Below, one piece after another: positions 27,231-41,748 of a stretch of DNA of 64,000 nt. A program made the translations under genes and the position numbers. The notes below the pieces were generated by a model. It was not told where the DNA came from, searched no databases, and worked only from the letters and a program-made list of their open reading frames with translations. Source of the stretch: Octopus sinensis (lineage: Eukaryota); NCBI RefSeq assembly GCF_006345805.1, contig NC_042998.1, positions 25,296,001 through 25,360,000 on the forward strand, read 5' to 3'. The stretch's first letter is position 1; the number at the start of each line of letters is the position of its first letter.

Positions 27231-27699
27231 TTATAAAAAAGAAGTTTGAAAACGCCACTATATAAGATAAATTTTAATTTTCTTTATATCCTTTTACATG
27301 TTTCGGTTCTTCTTGAAAAAACCAACCTTATCAAAAATATTTTTAAAACTTAAGTGTAATAAAAAAGTTCATAATTGTTTCTTACTAGTCTCAACAGAGT
27401 CCATGTGGTGGTATTTTGTGGAGGGGAGCATAATGGCTGTCTTGTGCATTGACTAGATTCTTTGGCTGTAATTGTGGAAATGATCAGTGGCCGAAATAGC
27501 AGTAGTAGCAGTGACTGTTGGTCGTAGTAATAGTGACTGTGGTAGTGGTGGTGGTTGGAGTTGCATATATATGTACAAAGTATGGGGGTTTAGTTCACAG
27601 GTGATCCAAACAAATAGGTATGCTTGATAAGTGCTGTAACGGATTACTAGGGCTCCAAGGTTACCACCAAGACAGTAGTTATGGAGCCATTGCATATTT

Positions 27700-28066
27700 C
27701 TGATAAAGTGGACAACAAACGTTAAGACAAGGCAAACATCTCAAGTCAATATACGTTATTATTATTGGAAAAAAATTCCAAGACTTACAGCTGTTTCTGG
27801 GATATCCCAGAGTATGGGATATTCCACCATCAGAGACAAACAAGGAAAATGAGAAGGGTATTCCTTTACTCCTTTCCTCTTTGTCATCATTTCATTTATC
27901 TATACCCTTCTCATTTTCTCTATTTGTCTCCGACAACAGAATATCGCATTCTCTGGGATATCCCCGAAACAACTGTAAGATTTTTGAATTTTTTTCTTTT
28001 CCAATAATAATAATGTTTATAACTTGAGATGTTTGCCTTGCCTTAATGTTTGTTGTCCTCTTTAAC

Positions 28067-28072
<6 letters not shown>
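27700..28072. mobile_element. Inverted-repeat element with ~140 bp arms, each containing a degenerate hammerhead (PLE pLTR-derived)
   Basis: Arms 27710-27850 and 27915-28065 are reverse complements of each other. Motifs are GTCT-CTGATGG...GAAACAGCTGTA on - and GTCT-CCGACAA...GAAACAACTGTA-AGAT on +. Confidence 0.7.
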
Positions 28073-28108
<36 letters not shown>

Positions 28109-28472
28109 ACACTGTCAGATCTGACTGGGCCTGATGAAGCCTTCCAGCTTCACAGACCCCAGTTGAACCGTCCAACCCATGCTAGCATGGAAAACGGACG
28201 CTAAATGATGATGATGATGATGATGATATATATATATATATATGAATGGAATTTGTGATACAAACGTAATTTTTATTTGTTATTCTCTCGTATTTTTGTC
28301 TAATTTTTGTTGGCAATATATATATATGTATATAGTAAATGAAAGATGGAAGTTGGAAGATATGAGAATTTTTATTAATCACAATTCTTTTGACACATAT
28401 ATAACATTGATCCCTCATGGGTGGGATACTTGACAACTGGTTCAGCAGCATCTGGCAATGCACATATACATA

Positions 28473-28522
<50 letters not shown>

Positions 28523-29286
28523 CATATCTTTGATCCTGGTAGGGTATAAAGATAGGGTACTTCCAGAGAAGCACTTGACCTGAGTTCTGGGTTGTCAACA
28601 CTGTCAGATTCCTGACAAATATTGAGATTCTTCAAGTGTAATAAATCCTGGTTCCATGGCAGTAAAACCATTCAGTAGGTGTGGCAAAGAGTAAACTATA
28701 ATCCAAATAATAAAAAGACAAAGAATTCCTTTAACACATCTTTAATGAGTCATTACAATTGTTTCAGTACCAACTCTGCAAACACACACACACAAATACA
28801 TGTATATATACATACATACATACATACATGCATACATACATGCATATATGTATATATATATATATATATTATATATATATATGTTGTATTTAGGAATGGT
28901 CATTTTGGCAGTTTAGCCAATAAAAACACACGTACTATATATTTGGTGTTACTTTGCTTCAGTGTTATTCAGTTTTTACATTAATCTTAATCTTATTTCG
29001 GCCAGAGTTCTTTCATCACACCCCTGTGACCTCATCAGTGATCCTTTGATTTCTTCTTTCTTATTTGTGTGTCTCTCCTTACTAACCATCAGCCATTTTG
29101 TATTTCTATTGTATGTGCCTTCATTTGCGCATGCGTATACCTCTATGTGTGTCTATGTTTAGTTAGTGTGCATGTGTGTGGGGGAAGTGCCTGTAATATT
29201 TGTATCTCCTGTTTATATACGTTCGTATAATTTGTTTTTTGTTTTTGTTTTTGTTTATTTTATTTTGTTCATGTGTTTACACCTAC

Positions 29287-29318
<32 letters not shown>

Positions 29319-29786
29319 TTATTTTATTATTATTATTATTGTTATTATTTTTAATGTATATAGTTATTTACTTCCATTTGTTTATTTATCTGTGTATTTT
29401 TTTATGCTTTTAGTTTTGTTTATATTGTTACCAGTTTATGGGGATCTTCTTCTGTCATATGCTGTGGTGTGTGCTAGTGTTCCATTCCAGTTTCCTATTC
29501 AGGCTAGGTTTATCTTCTATTATGTGTGTAGCTTCTGTAATTTGTCTGATTGTTGTGTCTGTTCTATGTGTGGACAAGATTTTAGCTTCTATGTTGTTGA
29601 TTGAGCCCTCGTGTTCCTGCTTGGCATGTTGGTACAGAACCGATGAGCTCTTTTCTTCCTTAAGTTCTCTCCAATGTTCAAATCATCCAACGCATGCTAG
29701 CATGGAAAGCAGACGTTAAATGATGATGATGATGATGATAATATGATATATATATATATATATATACACACACATATATATACATC

Positions 29787-29831
<45 letters not shown>

Positions 29832-29916
29832 AAAACGGATGTTAAACGATGATGATGATGATGATGATGATATATATATATATATTTATAAATATATATA
29901 TATACATACATATATA

Positions 29917-29961
<45 letters not shown>

Positions 29962-30436
29962 GTACTTTAACATTGATCTATTTTGGGGTATCAGCTCTAT
30001 ACAGTTTTACTATAATGTGAACCAAAAAGCAAAAACAGAGAAAAAAAAAGAAAAGAAATGAAATAAAATAGAAAAAAAAATGTATTCTTTGTGTTGAGAT
30101 TGATGTGAATTAAGTTATTGATTATTATTGTGATGAGAACTGTCCATTTTTGGATTCTTGAAAATAAGTTACAACAAAGGATAATGAATGGAGAACTAAA
30201 TAAATACAGGAGAAAGAATTGAGAACAATCAGGAGAAATTTCCAAATAAATGTCTATTAACAAAGCAACATATGTAGAATATTATATGACCGAAAAAAGA
30301 AAAAAGAAAAAAGAAAAAAAGAAAAAAGAAAGAAAGAATGAAAACAGAAGAAACGGAGAGAAATAATGAAAAAGAAAAAAAATATGATGAAAGAAAAGCA
30401 AAGAGAACACAACAGCAAAAGAAGACTCAAAACGAT

Positions 30437-30471
30437 ATATAATAATAATAATAATAATGATGATGATAATG

Positions 30472-30547
<76 letters not shown>

Positions 30548-30585
30548 TGATGATGATGATAATAGTAATAATAATAGTAATAATG

Positions 30586-30646
<61 letters not shown>

Positions 30647-30697
30647 TGATGATGATGATGCTGATGATGATGATGATACTATTAATAATAATAATGA

Positions 30698-30761
<64 letters not shown>

Positions 30762-30847
30762 AATAATAATAATAATAATAATAGTAATAGTAATAATAAT
30801 AATAATTATATTTCTTTACTTTATATATATATATTTCTTAATAATAA

Positions 30848-30884
<37 letters not shown>

Positions 30885-30950
30885 TAATAATATTAATAAT
30901 AATAATAATAATAATAATAATCATGATAATAATAATAATAATAACAACAA
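30437..30950. repeat. Compound (AAT)/(GAT)/(TAG) microsatellite
   Basis: Directly visible. Confidence 0.95.
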
Positions 30951-31685
30951 TAGTTAAGGAGTTGAATGAAGAGAATGCAATATCAGAAGTAAGGGAGAGC
31001 AGAGAGGCAAAGGCATCAGTGAAAAGGGGGAAAAAAATTAAGGGAAGTATGAATAAGAAATGAAGTATGCTGTAATGAAGGGAAGGGTTTGGTTGTAACA
31101 TGCGAAAGAAACATTTCAGAATCTTTGCGGGGTTTTTTTAGGGGGGGTTTTGGGGTTTTTTTTTTGTATGTTGTGCTTTTGTTGTTCGTTTCTTTCTCTT
31201 GCTAAAAGTGGGAAGAAAAATGAATTTGTGAGATTAAATGGGGAAGAGTGATCAATGCAAATATTAAAGTAGCAGTATTGTGACATCACAGAGTGGTATG
31301 TGTCAAGATGTCCTTACCAAAATAGGAATTTAGATGGGAAAGAGAAGCGGTAGATCAATATATAAAAAAATTTAAACAGAAAAAAATAATGACGAATCTG
31401 TTATTGTCTCTCTCTATAAATTTGGAGAATTGGGAACAAACTTTTCCAAAGTGACAGACACAAAATCAATCCTGTTCCTCTTTGGTTTAAAAAAAAGAAA
31501 AAAAAGTTGCAAATCTTAATTTTTTTTTTTTTTCATAAATAGGAAAAGTGTGAATTAAATCAGAGCAGAATCTCTCATTATGTTGTGTTAAAGCTCGTTA
31601 TATTCTTCCCTAATAGGGAAACGTGAAGTAAAATGGAACTAGGTCTGTCTCACAACAAAAACAATAATTACTATCAGCACTGATG

Positions 31686-31702
31686 TGCTGCTGCTGCTGC
31701 TG

Positions 31703-31739
<37 letters not shown>

Positions 31740-31741
31740 AT

Positions 31742-31772
<31 letters not shown>

Positions 31773-31825
31773 TACTTCTACTACTACTACTTCTACTACT
31801 ACCACTACTACTATTACTACTTCTA

Positions 31826-31865
<40 letters not shown>

Positions 31866-31995
31866 TATTACTACCACCACTACTACTACTACTTCTACTA
31901 CTAACATTACTACTACTACTATACTACTACTACTACTACTACTACACCACTACTACTACTACTACTACCACCACCACCAGCACTACTACTACTAT
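31686..31995. repeat. (CTA)n microsatellite
   Basis: Directly visible. Confidence 0.95.
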
Positions 31996-33009
31996 TTTAC
32001 TGTTATTTCTATTAATACTGTTGCTGCTAAGGCAGCGAGCTGGCAGAATCGTTAGCAAATTGGATGAAATGCTTAGCGGTATTTCACCTGGTGCTACGTT
32101 CAGAGTTCAAATTCCACCAAGGTCGACTTTACCTTTCATCCTTTCGGGGTCGCTAAAATTTGTACCAGTTGAACACTGGGGTTGATATAATCGACTCATC
32201 TCCTTCCCCAAAATTGCAGCCCTTGTGGCAAAATTTGATACCATTCAAAACCATTACTGCTGTTGCTGCTGCTACAGTAGAAGCAGAGGTTTTGGTGGGA
32301 GGCAGTAGTAGTAGTAATTATTGTAAAAAAAAAGGGAGTCGAATCCTGTCTATCGTTTTTATTTATCCCTGTCAATAATAACAATCCCTGTAAATATTAT
32401 GTTGCCTAAGTCAATAAGCTGATGGTACACTAACCAAAAGTGGGTGACAGTTAATCCTTAAGTCAGGAATAAGATCACAATTGTATATTTGAGAAACAAG
32501 CATTCAATCTTATTGTGTAAATAAATTATCATCGTCGTCATTGTCATCATTTAACATCCACTTTACATGCTGGCATGGGTTGGACGGTTTGAATGAGAAC
32601 TGGCAAGTCAGGAGGCTGTACCAGGCTCCAATCTGATTTGACAGGGTTTCTACAACTGGATGGCCTTCTTAACTCAAACCACTCCAAGAGTGTAGTGGAT
32701 GATTTTCATGTGTCACTGGCACAGGAGTCAGTCAGGTAGCACTGGCATTGGCCATGATTGAATGGTGCTTTTTACGTGCTACTGGCACAAGTGCCAGTCA
32801 GGTCGTATTGGCATCAGCCATGCTTGAATGGTGCTTTTTACGTGCCACCAGTACAGGTGCCTATCAGGCAGTACAGGCATTGACCACATTTGAATGGTGC
32901 TTTTTACATTCCACCGGCATGGGTTTCAGTCAGACAGCACTGACATTGGCCATACTTGAATGGTGCTTTTTACATGACACCAGCACGGGTGCCAATCAAG
33001 AGGATTGTG

Positions 33010-33277
33010 CAGGGTATTCAAAAAGTTTCTCCGCAGTGAATTTTTTTTCTCCAAGATGTATTTCAAAACATGTGTAGAGGAGTCAACTTATGCATTGAAA
33101 ATGAAAGACAACACTTTCAACACCTCTTATAAAATTTTTTAAAGTCTTGTAAAGTCTAATATATCCTTTTGCAGTCTTATACCATCTTATAAATTTTATA
33201 CCATCTTATAAATCTTATACCATCTTATAAATTTTGCAATAAAATATTTACTGCGGAGAGATGTTTTGAACACCCTG
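33010..33277. mobile_element. Tc1/mariner-type MITE
   Basis: Imperfect ~30 bp TIRs (cagggtattcaaaaagtttctccgcagt / actgcggagagatgttttgaacaccctg), followed by TA on the right. Confidence 0.75.
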
Positions 33278-34428
33278 TATATGGACATTATTTCTAGATT
33301 ATGGGTAAAACACATGACTGATTCCACAAAGTGTTCGATGCACTAAGACAAACCTAACAGGAAACCCTAGAAAATGTAAGGCTTCACACTACGACCAATT
33401 AATGAAATAATATTGTAAGTTTGTCTGCTCACATTAATGAGCATATAAATGGTATCAAATGGTATGTTATTAAAAATTTGATTATCAGTTAATAAGAAGC
33501 CAAAGTCACAACTTCATTGACATATATTAGATGATATATTGGAAGCTAATATTGAACATATAATGATTGAATATTTTGGCCTGATTCCCATTTTGGAAAA
33601 TGTGGATTAACAATTGACTAAAACAATAACAACAATAAATAAAATGATATTGAACAAAAAAAAAAGAGATACTACAGTGATATCAAGACTGTACTTTTAG
33701 CTATAAATGCTGATGATCAATAAGCTATTTACATTGTGGTCTCTAAATATGGTGTTGTTGTTGGATACGTTGGTAATGTTCTTTAGGAACAGAAGCTCTT
33801 AGAGTGACATCCATCAGTAAAACCATATCCAAAATTACTGTGAAGAAATATTGATTACATTCTGCTGGGCACTCAGCCAATTTTTTGTAAGGATGATAAT
33901 TATAATTGACTGGTACAAATTTTAGAAAATTTACAAGGGTAAAAGGTAAAATTGGTTTGGATTTAGAAAGATGAAACAAAATACTGTAAGATTAAGTTGC
34001 TGTTAATATTTATTTAAGTTAAGGCTGTGAGCTGGCAGAAACGTTAGCATGCTGGGTGAAATGCTTAGCGGTATTTCGACTGTCTTTATGCTCTGAGTTC
34101 AAATTCTACTGAGGTCGATTTTGCCTTTTAACATTCAGGGTCAATAAATTAAGTACTAGCTGCATACTGGAGTCAATCTAATCGACTACCCCACCTCCCA
34201 AAAAATTTCGGGCCTTGTACCTAGAGTAGAAAAGAATATTTAGTTAAGGCAGCAAGCTGGCAGAAATGTTAGCGCGCCAGGTGAAATGCTTAGTGGTATT
34301 TCGTCTGCCATTATGCTCTGAGTTAAATTCTGCCAAGGTCGACTCTGCCTTTCATCCTTTTTGGATCGATAAATTAAGTACCAGTTACACACTGGGGTTG
34401 ATGTAATCGACTTAATCTCTTTATAAAC

Positions 34429-34492
<64 letters not shown>

Positions 34493-34526
34493 CATACATG
34501 TACATATATATATAGTGTATATATAT

Positions 34527-34591
<65 letters not shown>

Positions 34592-35399
34592 CAATAAATG
34601 GTGGGGTTGTGTTGACCGAACGTGAAGAAATGATAGGCAAGGAAAAATTATAAAAAGGCAGAATGCTAAATTAAAGGTAAATTTTAATGAAAATGTTGTT
34701 ATATTTCGGAATGGTCATTTTGCCAGTTTAGCCAATGAAAACACACGCTCTATATATTTGGTGTTACTTTGCTTCAGTGTTATTTATTTTTTACATTAAT
34801 CTTAATCTTATTTCAGCCATTCCGAAATATAGCAATATGTTTCAACACACGACTTCACATAAAAAATCTTGCACAACAAATATATAAACATATTAATGAA
34901 AATGGGTGTATGGAAAATCAAAAAAAAATTTTTTTAAATATATATATATATACATATATACATATGTGTGTCTATATATGTATATATGTATATACATATT
35001 TATTGTTTACTGCAAAACAGTAAACGATTATTTCCTGTTATTTTAAGAAAGTTGTTTTGTAAATCAAATTTCCAGAAGACAATGAACTGATAAAGACTGA
35101 TTGTTTAATTTTGTTATTATATTAAAAGCATTGTAACTATGTGAGAAACTCGTCTTGCAGGTCAAACAGGTATGACTGAACTTCAGGAATGAAAATCTAA
35201 GAAAGTGGAGAAATAACTAAAAGCGAAAATAAATATTGTGGTGAAAGAAAGCATAGCTGATTATTTTAGATGTAAAATTAACCATCTAGGTAGTTTTATT
35301 TTGTTATTTTTTTGGTGGCAGGGTGGGAAGGATTTTAATTTTACTGAAAGGGAAGTATCATTACTGTTTTATATTCTATTGTCATAATAAAAAAAAATT

Positions 35400-35624
35400 A
35401 TTGTCATTATCAACATCATCATCATCATCATTATCATTGCCATCATCATCAACAGCATCACCCACCATTATCATTGTCATCAACACCACCACCACCACCA
35501 CCATCATCACCATTGTTGTCATCATCGTTGTCATTGTTGTCTTCATTGTCACCGCTACCACATCGCCATTTGCCACCACCAGTTTCATCACCCTTGCCAT
35601 CACCACATTCCCTCCTCCTCCTCC

Positions 35625-35655
<31 letters not shown>

Positions 35656-35718
35656 TATCGTCATCCTAATCATCGTCATCATCATCATCACCATCATCAC
35701 CATCATCATTACCACCAC

Positions 35719-35761
<43 letters not shown>

Positions 35762-35818
35762 GTCAATGTTATTATCACCGTCGTCGTCGTCGTCGTCATC
35801 ATCATCATCATCATCACA
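35400..35818. repeat. (CAT)/(CAC) microsatellite
   Basis: Directly visible. Confidence 0.95.
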
Positions 35819-37354
35819 AGAATTATTATTACTTTCAGCATCAGCTTCGCGTATCGTTTACTTCACTGCTAATCCTTAATCACTGTTCTCAACACCAGCA
35901 ACATTATCTTTATCATCAAATTCCTGCAATCCTGGCATTGATCTGCATCGTTAATGATATTATGTCGGTTTTTTGTTTTATCTATTTTGCTTCGTTTGTT
36001 TTTCAGGTTTCTTTTCTTCTCTGTCTCTACATTTCTATAAATCTCTAAAAGTTGTATATCTACCATCTTATAATTTTCTCTCATATTTCTCTCACTGAGT
36101 AGTTCAAGCCTAAAATTATTATTTGCAAAGAGTGGCTGTGTGGTAAGTAGCTTGCTAACCAACCACATGGTTCCGGGTTCAGTCCCACTGCGTGGCATCT
36201 TGGGCAAGTGTCTTCTGCTATAGCCCCGGGCCGACCAATGCTTTGTGAGTGGATTTGGTAGACGGAAACTGAAAGAAGCCTGTCATATATATGTATATAT
36301 ATATATATATATATATACATATATATATGTATGTGTGTGTTTGTTCCCCTAGCTTTGCTTGACAACCCTGTCAGTTAGCGGTTCAGCAAAAAGAGACCGA
36401 TAGAATAAGTACTGGGCTTACAAAGAATAAGTCCTGGGGTCGATTTGCTCGACTAAAGGCAGTGCTCCAGCATGGCCACAGTCAAATGACTGAAACAAAT
36501 AAAAGAGTAAAAGAGTAAAAGAATAAAGATCATAGGCACAGGAATGGCTGCCTGGTAAAAAGCTTGCTTACCAACCACATGGTTCCAGGTTCAGTTCCAC
36601 TGCATGGCACTTTGGGCAAGTGCCTTCTACTATAGACTCGGGCCGATTAAAGCCTTCTGAGGGGATTTGGTAGATGGAAACTGAAAGAAGCTCGTCCATA
36701 CATCATCATCATCATCGTCGTTTAACGTCCGCTTTCCATGCTGGCATGGGCTGCACAGTTTGATTGAGGACTGGCAAGCCAGATTGCTGAACCAGGCTCC
36801 AATCTGATCTGGCAAAGTTTCTACTGCTGGATGCCCTTCCTAACACCAACCACTCCGAGAGTGTAGTGGGTGCTTTTTATGTTCCACCAGCTTGAGGGCC
36901 GGTCAGGAAATACTGGCATCGATCACACACAAATGGTGCTTTTTACATTCCAGCAGCACAGGAGCCATGCTCAAATGGTGTTTATATATATATATATGTA
37001 TATGTAAAAAAAACACAAACTGGGACAAGAACGCAAAACATTTAGAAGACGATACAAAAAACACGGACTGGACATTCGAAGCCTTCAATCTTCAGTCAAG
37101 AACTGGATCATCCTCGCGATTTCAGATAAATATATATGGGTGTGGCAGCGAGCTGGCAGAATCATTAGCACACCGGGCAAAATGTTTAGTGGTATTTCAT
37201 CTGCCATTACGTTGTGAGTTCACATTCCACCGAGGTCGACTTTGCCTTTCATCCTTTCGAGGTTGATTAAATATGCACAGAGGGTGATGTAATTGTCTTA
37301 GTCCCTTTGTCTGACCTTGTTTGTCCCCTCTGTGGGTAATAAAGAAATATATAC

Positions 37355-37387
<33 letters not shown>

Positions 37388-38007
37388 CATATGTATATAT
37401 GTATGTATATATGTATATATGTATGTATGTGTGTATATATGTTTGTATGTCTGTGTTTGTCACCACCATCGCCTGGTGAAAGAGACCGATAGAATAAATG
37501 CTTGGCTTACACACACACACATTTTCTCTTATTACTTTCTGTTGAAGAGTATAGGCTTGAAATGTAAAACAATTTCTCACTTACCCGAGTGGTGTCAAGC
37601 AAATACATCTGCCTGTTGTCCATACACCTGTCTTCATCTTTTGTTTTTCTGTAAATTTCGACTATATATATATTAGCATACAAATATATGTGTTTGTGTG
37701 ATGGGCTTCTTTCACTTCCTTGTACCAAATCTACTCACATGGCTTTGGTTGGTGAGGAGCTATACTAGAAAACATTTGCTTTAGGTGCAATGCAGTGGGA
37801 CTGAACCTGGAACCATGCGATTGAGCAGCAAGCTTCTTACCACATGGCCATGCCTGTGCCTTTATATTCAGTTCATTTCTTAGATTCACATTGTGCATTT
37901 CATAAATTGCACCAATTTATCTATCATGATTCTACTGTTGTTAATACAAGAAATACACGATTAATGAAAAAAAAAGTTGTTACACAAAATTAAGAATTTG
38001 ATGGAAG

Positions 38008-38053
<46 letters not shown>

Positions 38054-41000
38054 AGTATTTATAGTTTACTGTTTGGTTTCTACTATGTGGTTATTATGTG
38101 TCATTTGGTAAGCACATTCCATTCAAAGCTTGGCATTTAATAATTTGCCAAATGATTGCTGCATAACACACTTTAATCTGATTTGTTTGCTTTGTGTAAG
38201 TTTAATTGTAGTCTTTGTGAATTACAATTAATATTATGGCTTCATGAAAAATGCTATTATTATTTAAATTCACTTTGAAAAATAAATATAAAATAACTGA
38301 AATTATGAAGTAATTGCTAAGATAACAGCACTTTTTTTTTAATTGGTTACATAAGTTACAGTAAATTTTCTAAAATAATTCAATGTTTTAAGAAATCTTA
38401 CAACTTAATCACAGAACGTCAATTATCAGGTTCTTTTTTCTTTTCTTTACAAGTAAACTGAAGAAAATACTTAAAGTTTTGTCAGTTAGCAAAAGGCATC
38501 GTACATTTGATCCCTGTGGAAGCTGCTTTCTCAGAAAAATAAAGTAATAAAAGATAAATGGCAGCATTTCTTATCAAACCTTAATTAACAAAATTTGATT
38601 AACTCAGCAATTACTGCTTAGTTTCTTTCAAAGAATATAATTCAAAATAGATCAACATGACCTAACCACATAAACTCTGATTTAATCCAAAGATAAAAAG
38701 AAAGATAAGCACAAAGCTCTCTCAGGGTTTAAAAACCATCAAGGAGAATAGAATTTCATTTAATTTATTACATATTGTTTAAATTATCTCTAAGAGTTGT
38801 CTTTTAATTACTATTTTAATAGAAGGAGGAAATAGGCTGTTTCTCTTTTCCCTTATATGGTAAACAACTAACAAGGTATTGCAAGGACTAAAAATAGTCA
38901 ACAAATACTATGCCTGTTTTGTTAGACTTGGGTGTTTGGATGTTGTATTGTAGATGCAGGCATGTTGTATTGTGCATTGCATGAGATATAAAATGCACGT
39001 GATGCAGTTATGACAATGTTATCATATGATAACCATAGTGACAAAATGCTTCAGTACAGAATAATTAATGAATGTTTATCGATATTGATTATGTGTATTC
39101 GGTTAATTGTTGAATCAAGTGAACAGCTTACTCGTTAAGCTATTGTGTAATTTGAGTATTCTACAGACGTGTGTGTCCTTAGCATGATCCTCAGGCTGTA
39201 TCAGTATGGGAGAGTGAGACAAGGCTGATAGGCTTCCACACAGCTTCTGCCCATGAAGTTTCACTCACATGGCTTGGATTGACCGAAAGCTATGGTAAAA
39301 GACAAATGTCCTAAGATGCCATGCAGCAGCATTGAACCCGGTATCTTACGATTTTTCACAGAAAAAATATAATGAAGTTAACCTTTATTTCTGCTGGATG
39401 GTGTAATGCTTACATTTTCTGTATAAATTTACTAAAACCATTAAATGGTTAACTATTTTTGAATGCTAAAGGGTTAAGGAATTCCAGTTGACCCATGCAG
39501 GCATGAAAAAATAAATATTGGTTTCAAATTTTAGCACAAGGCTAGGAATTTCAGGGAGGGGGCTAGTCAATTACGTCGACCCCAGTGCTCAATGGGTACT
39601 TATTTTATCGACCCTTAAATAATGAAAAAGAAAGAAAAGGCATGAAAAATAAATATTGGCTTCAAATTCTAGCACAAGTCTAGCAATTTCAAGGGAGGGG
39701 TGCTAGTCAATTACATCAACCCCAGTGCTCAACGGGTACTTATTCTATCAACCCTGAAAGAATGAAAAAAAAGCAAAGTCAGTCACAATAGAATCTGAAC
39801 TCAGAATGTAAAGACCAAAAGAAAAATGCCAGAAAGCATGCTAATAGTTCTGCCAGCTGACCACCCTGTAGCAAAGGGTCGTATTAAAATGAAAAAATTG
39901 ATAACACTGCAGGACAAAAGCTGAATTTAAAAGAAAACACACTGATAAAAATCAACTGAACTTTATGTGAAGATATGATTTTTCATGGGGCTCTTTAGGC
40001 CTGCTAATCTTTTATCTGTATTTCCTCTACATGATGTTAAAAATATATATAAGAAAACATCCAGCCGAAGAACCTATAAAAATTTGTACATGAATTCAAA
40101 AGGGATATATCAAATTAAGCATGGAATTAGATAAATATGCCAAGTCTTCTTAAAAACGTGTAAAGGGATTAAGAATCCTTATATTAAGTTATATTTAGTT
40201 GCTGAAATCTTAGGATTAGAGTCAAATCACTCATTCAAGTACTTAAGGTTAGATAAAAAATTAAAAAAAACACTATGATACAAAATACTGAAATATAGGA
40301 GAAAATTAGTCTGCTACAGAAGAGTCAGACTGATAATGGTGCCAAATTTTTGGCACAAGGCAGCAATTTGGGGGAGAGGATAAGCTGGTTACATCGACCC
40401 TGGTACTTTCATACTGAAAATATGAAGGGTAAATTTGGCTGTAACAGAATTTGAATTCAGAATTTAAAAACCGATGAAATATCTCTCAGCGTTTTGGCCA
40501 GTAAGCTAACAATTTTATCATTTCTACTCTATGTACAAGGCCTTGGAAATTTTGGGAGGAAGGCGGTCAGTAGATTATATCGACTCCAGTATGCAACTGG
40601 TACTTAATTTTATCGACCCCGAAAGGATGAAAGGCAAAATCAACTTCGGCAGAATTTGAACTCAGAATATAATGACAAAAGAAGTACCGCTAAACATTTT
40701 GCCCAGCTTGCTAACATTTCTGCCAGCTTGCTGTCCTAGTGTCAGATTAATATTCTTTCCTGCTCTAGGCACAAGGCCCAAAATTTTTGGGGAAGGGCCC
40801 AGTTGATTAGATCGACCCCAGTATACAACTGGTACATAATTTGTCGACCCTGAAAGGATGAAAGGCAAAGTCGACTACAGTGGAATTTGAACTCAGAATG
40901 TAAAGACAAACAAAATACTGCTAAGCATTTTGCTTGGCATACTAACGTTTCTGCAAGCTCACTGCCTTAGAGTGAAACTAATATTAAAAACCTAATGTAA

Positions 41001-41447
41001 TTCTAGAAATAAACTACAGGTACAAATACATTAACCATCTTAGGTAAAAGCTACAGGTGCAGAATAATTAATTCATTAGTTAAGTGAGCTGACTAACATG
41101 GATTATAAAAGGAGAAAATTACAGGAAAAAAGAAAAGGAGAATGAAAGAATTATTGCATTCCAGTCCCTCCATCTCTAAGTAAATGTAAACAAGATATAT
41201 CTAGCATGAAGACGAGAACCTCAATACAATTAGTAAAATACTACAAATAAATCACAGTAGGTCTTCAAAATATTTAGGAGCAAGCAAAGGTAGATTGATT
41301 AGTATTAGATGCAGGGGAAAAAAAATGTTTTCTCTGTATACACGGAAATAATAAAGTACAAACCAGAAGCTAATTACATTGAGAAAAAATGTTTAGATAA
41401 GAACAAAAAAAATAAATAAATAAAATCAAAGCACACGTAAAACCAAC

Positions 41448-41503
41448 ATACACACATATATACATATATGTATGTATGTATATATATGTATATATATATA
41501 TGC

Positions 41504-41546
<43 letters not shown>

Positions 41547-41585
41547 GTATATATATATATACATGTATATATATATATATGTATA

Positions 41586-41669
<84 letters not shown>

Positions 41670-41748
41670 TATATATATATATATACATACACATGTATAT
41701 ATATATATATACTTGTATATATATATATATATATTTTTATGTATATAC
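41448..41748. repeat. (AT)n-rich microsatellite (similar blocks at 3430-3815, 23152-23300, 29740-29958, 34430-34588)
   Basis: Directly visible. Confidence 0.95.

Noticed and set aside
30366-30957. Long poly-N/D, poly-I/M, poly-H, poly-L, poly-R/E and YI-repeat ORFs (also 31685-32185, 35323-36048, 46500-47252, 49928-50606, 52872-53400)
   Set aside because: They are translations of microsatellites that lack stop codons, with no protein motifs.
37535-37575. Hammerhead-like ttgaagag...cttgaaatgta upstream of (TA)n (also ctgaagattgaaggcttcgaa on - at ~37078-37098)
   Set aside because: The core and stems are too degenerate to call from these copies alone, although the position fits the TA-terminus pattern.
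39379-39477. Short TTAA-flanked piggyBac-like MITE remnant
   Set aside because: Only ~10 bp of imperfect terminal match, which is insufficient.
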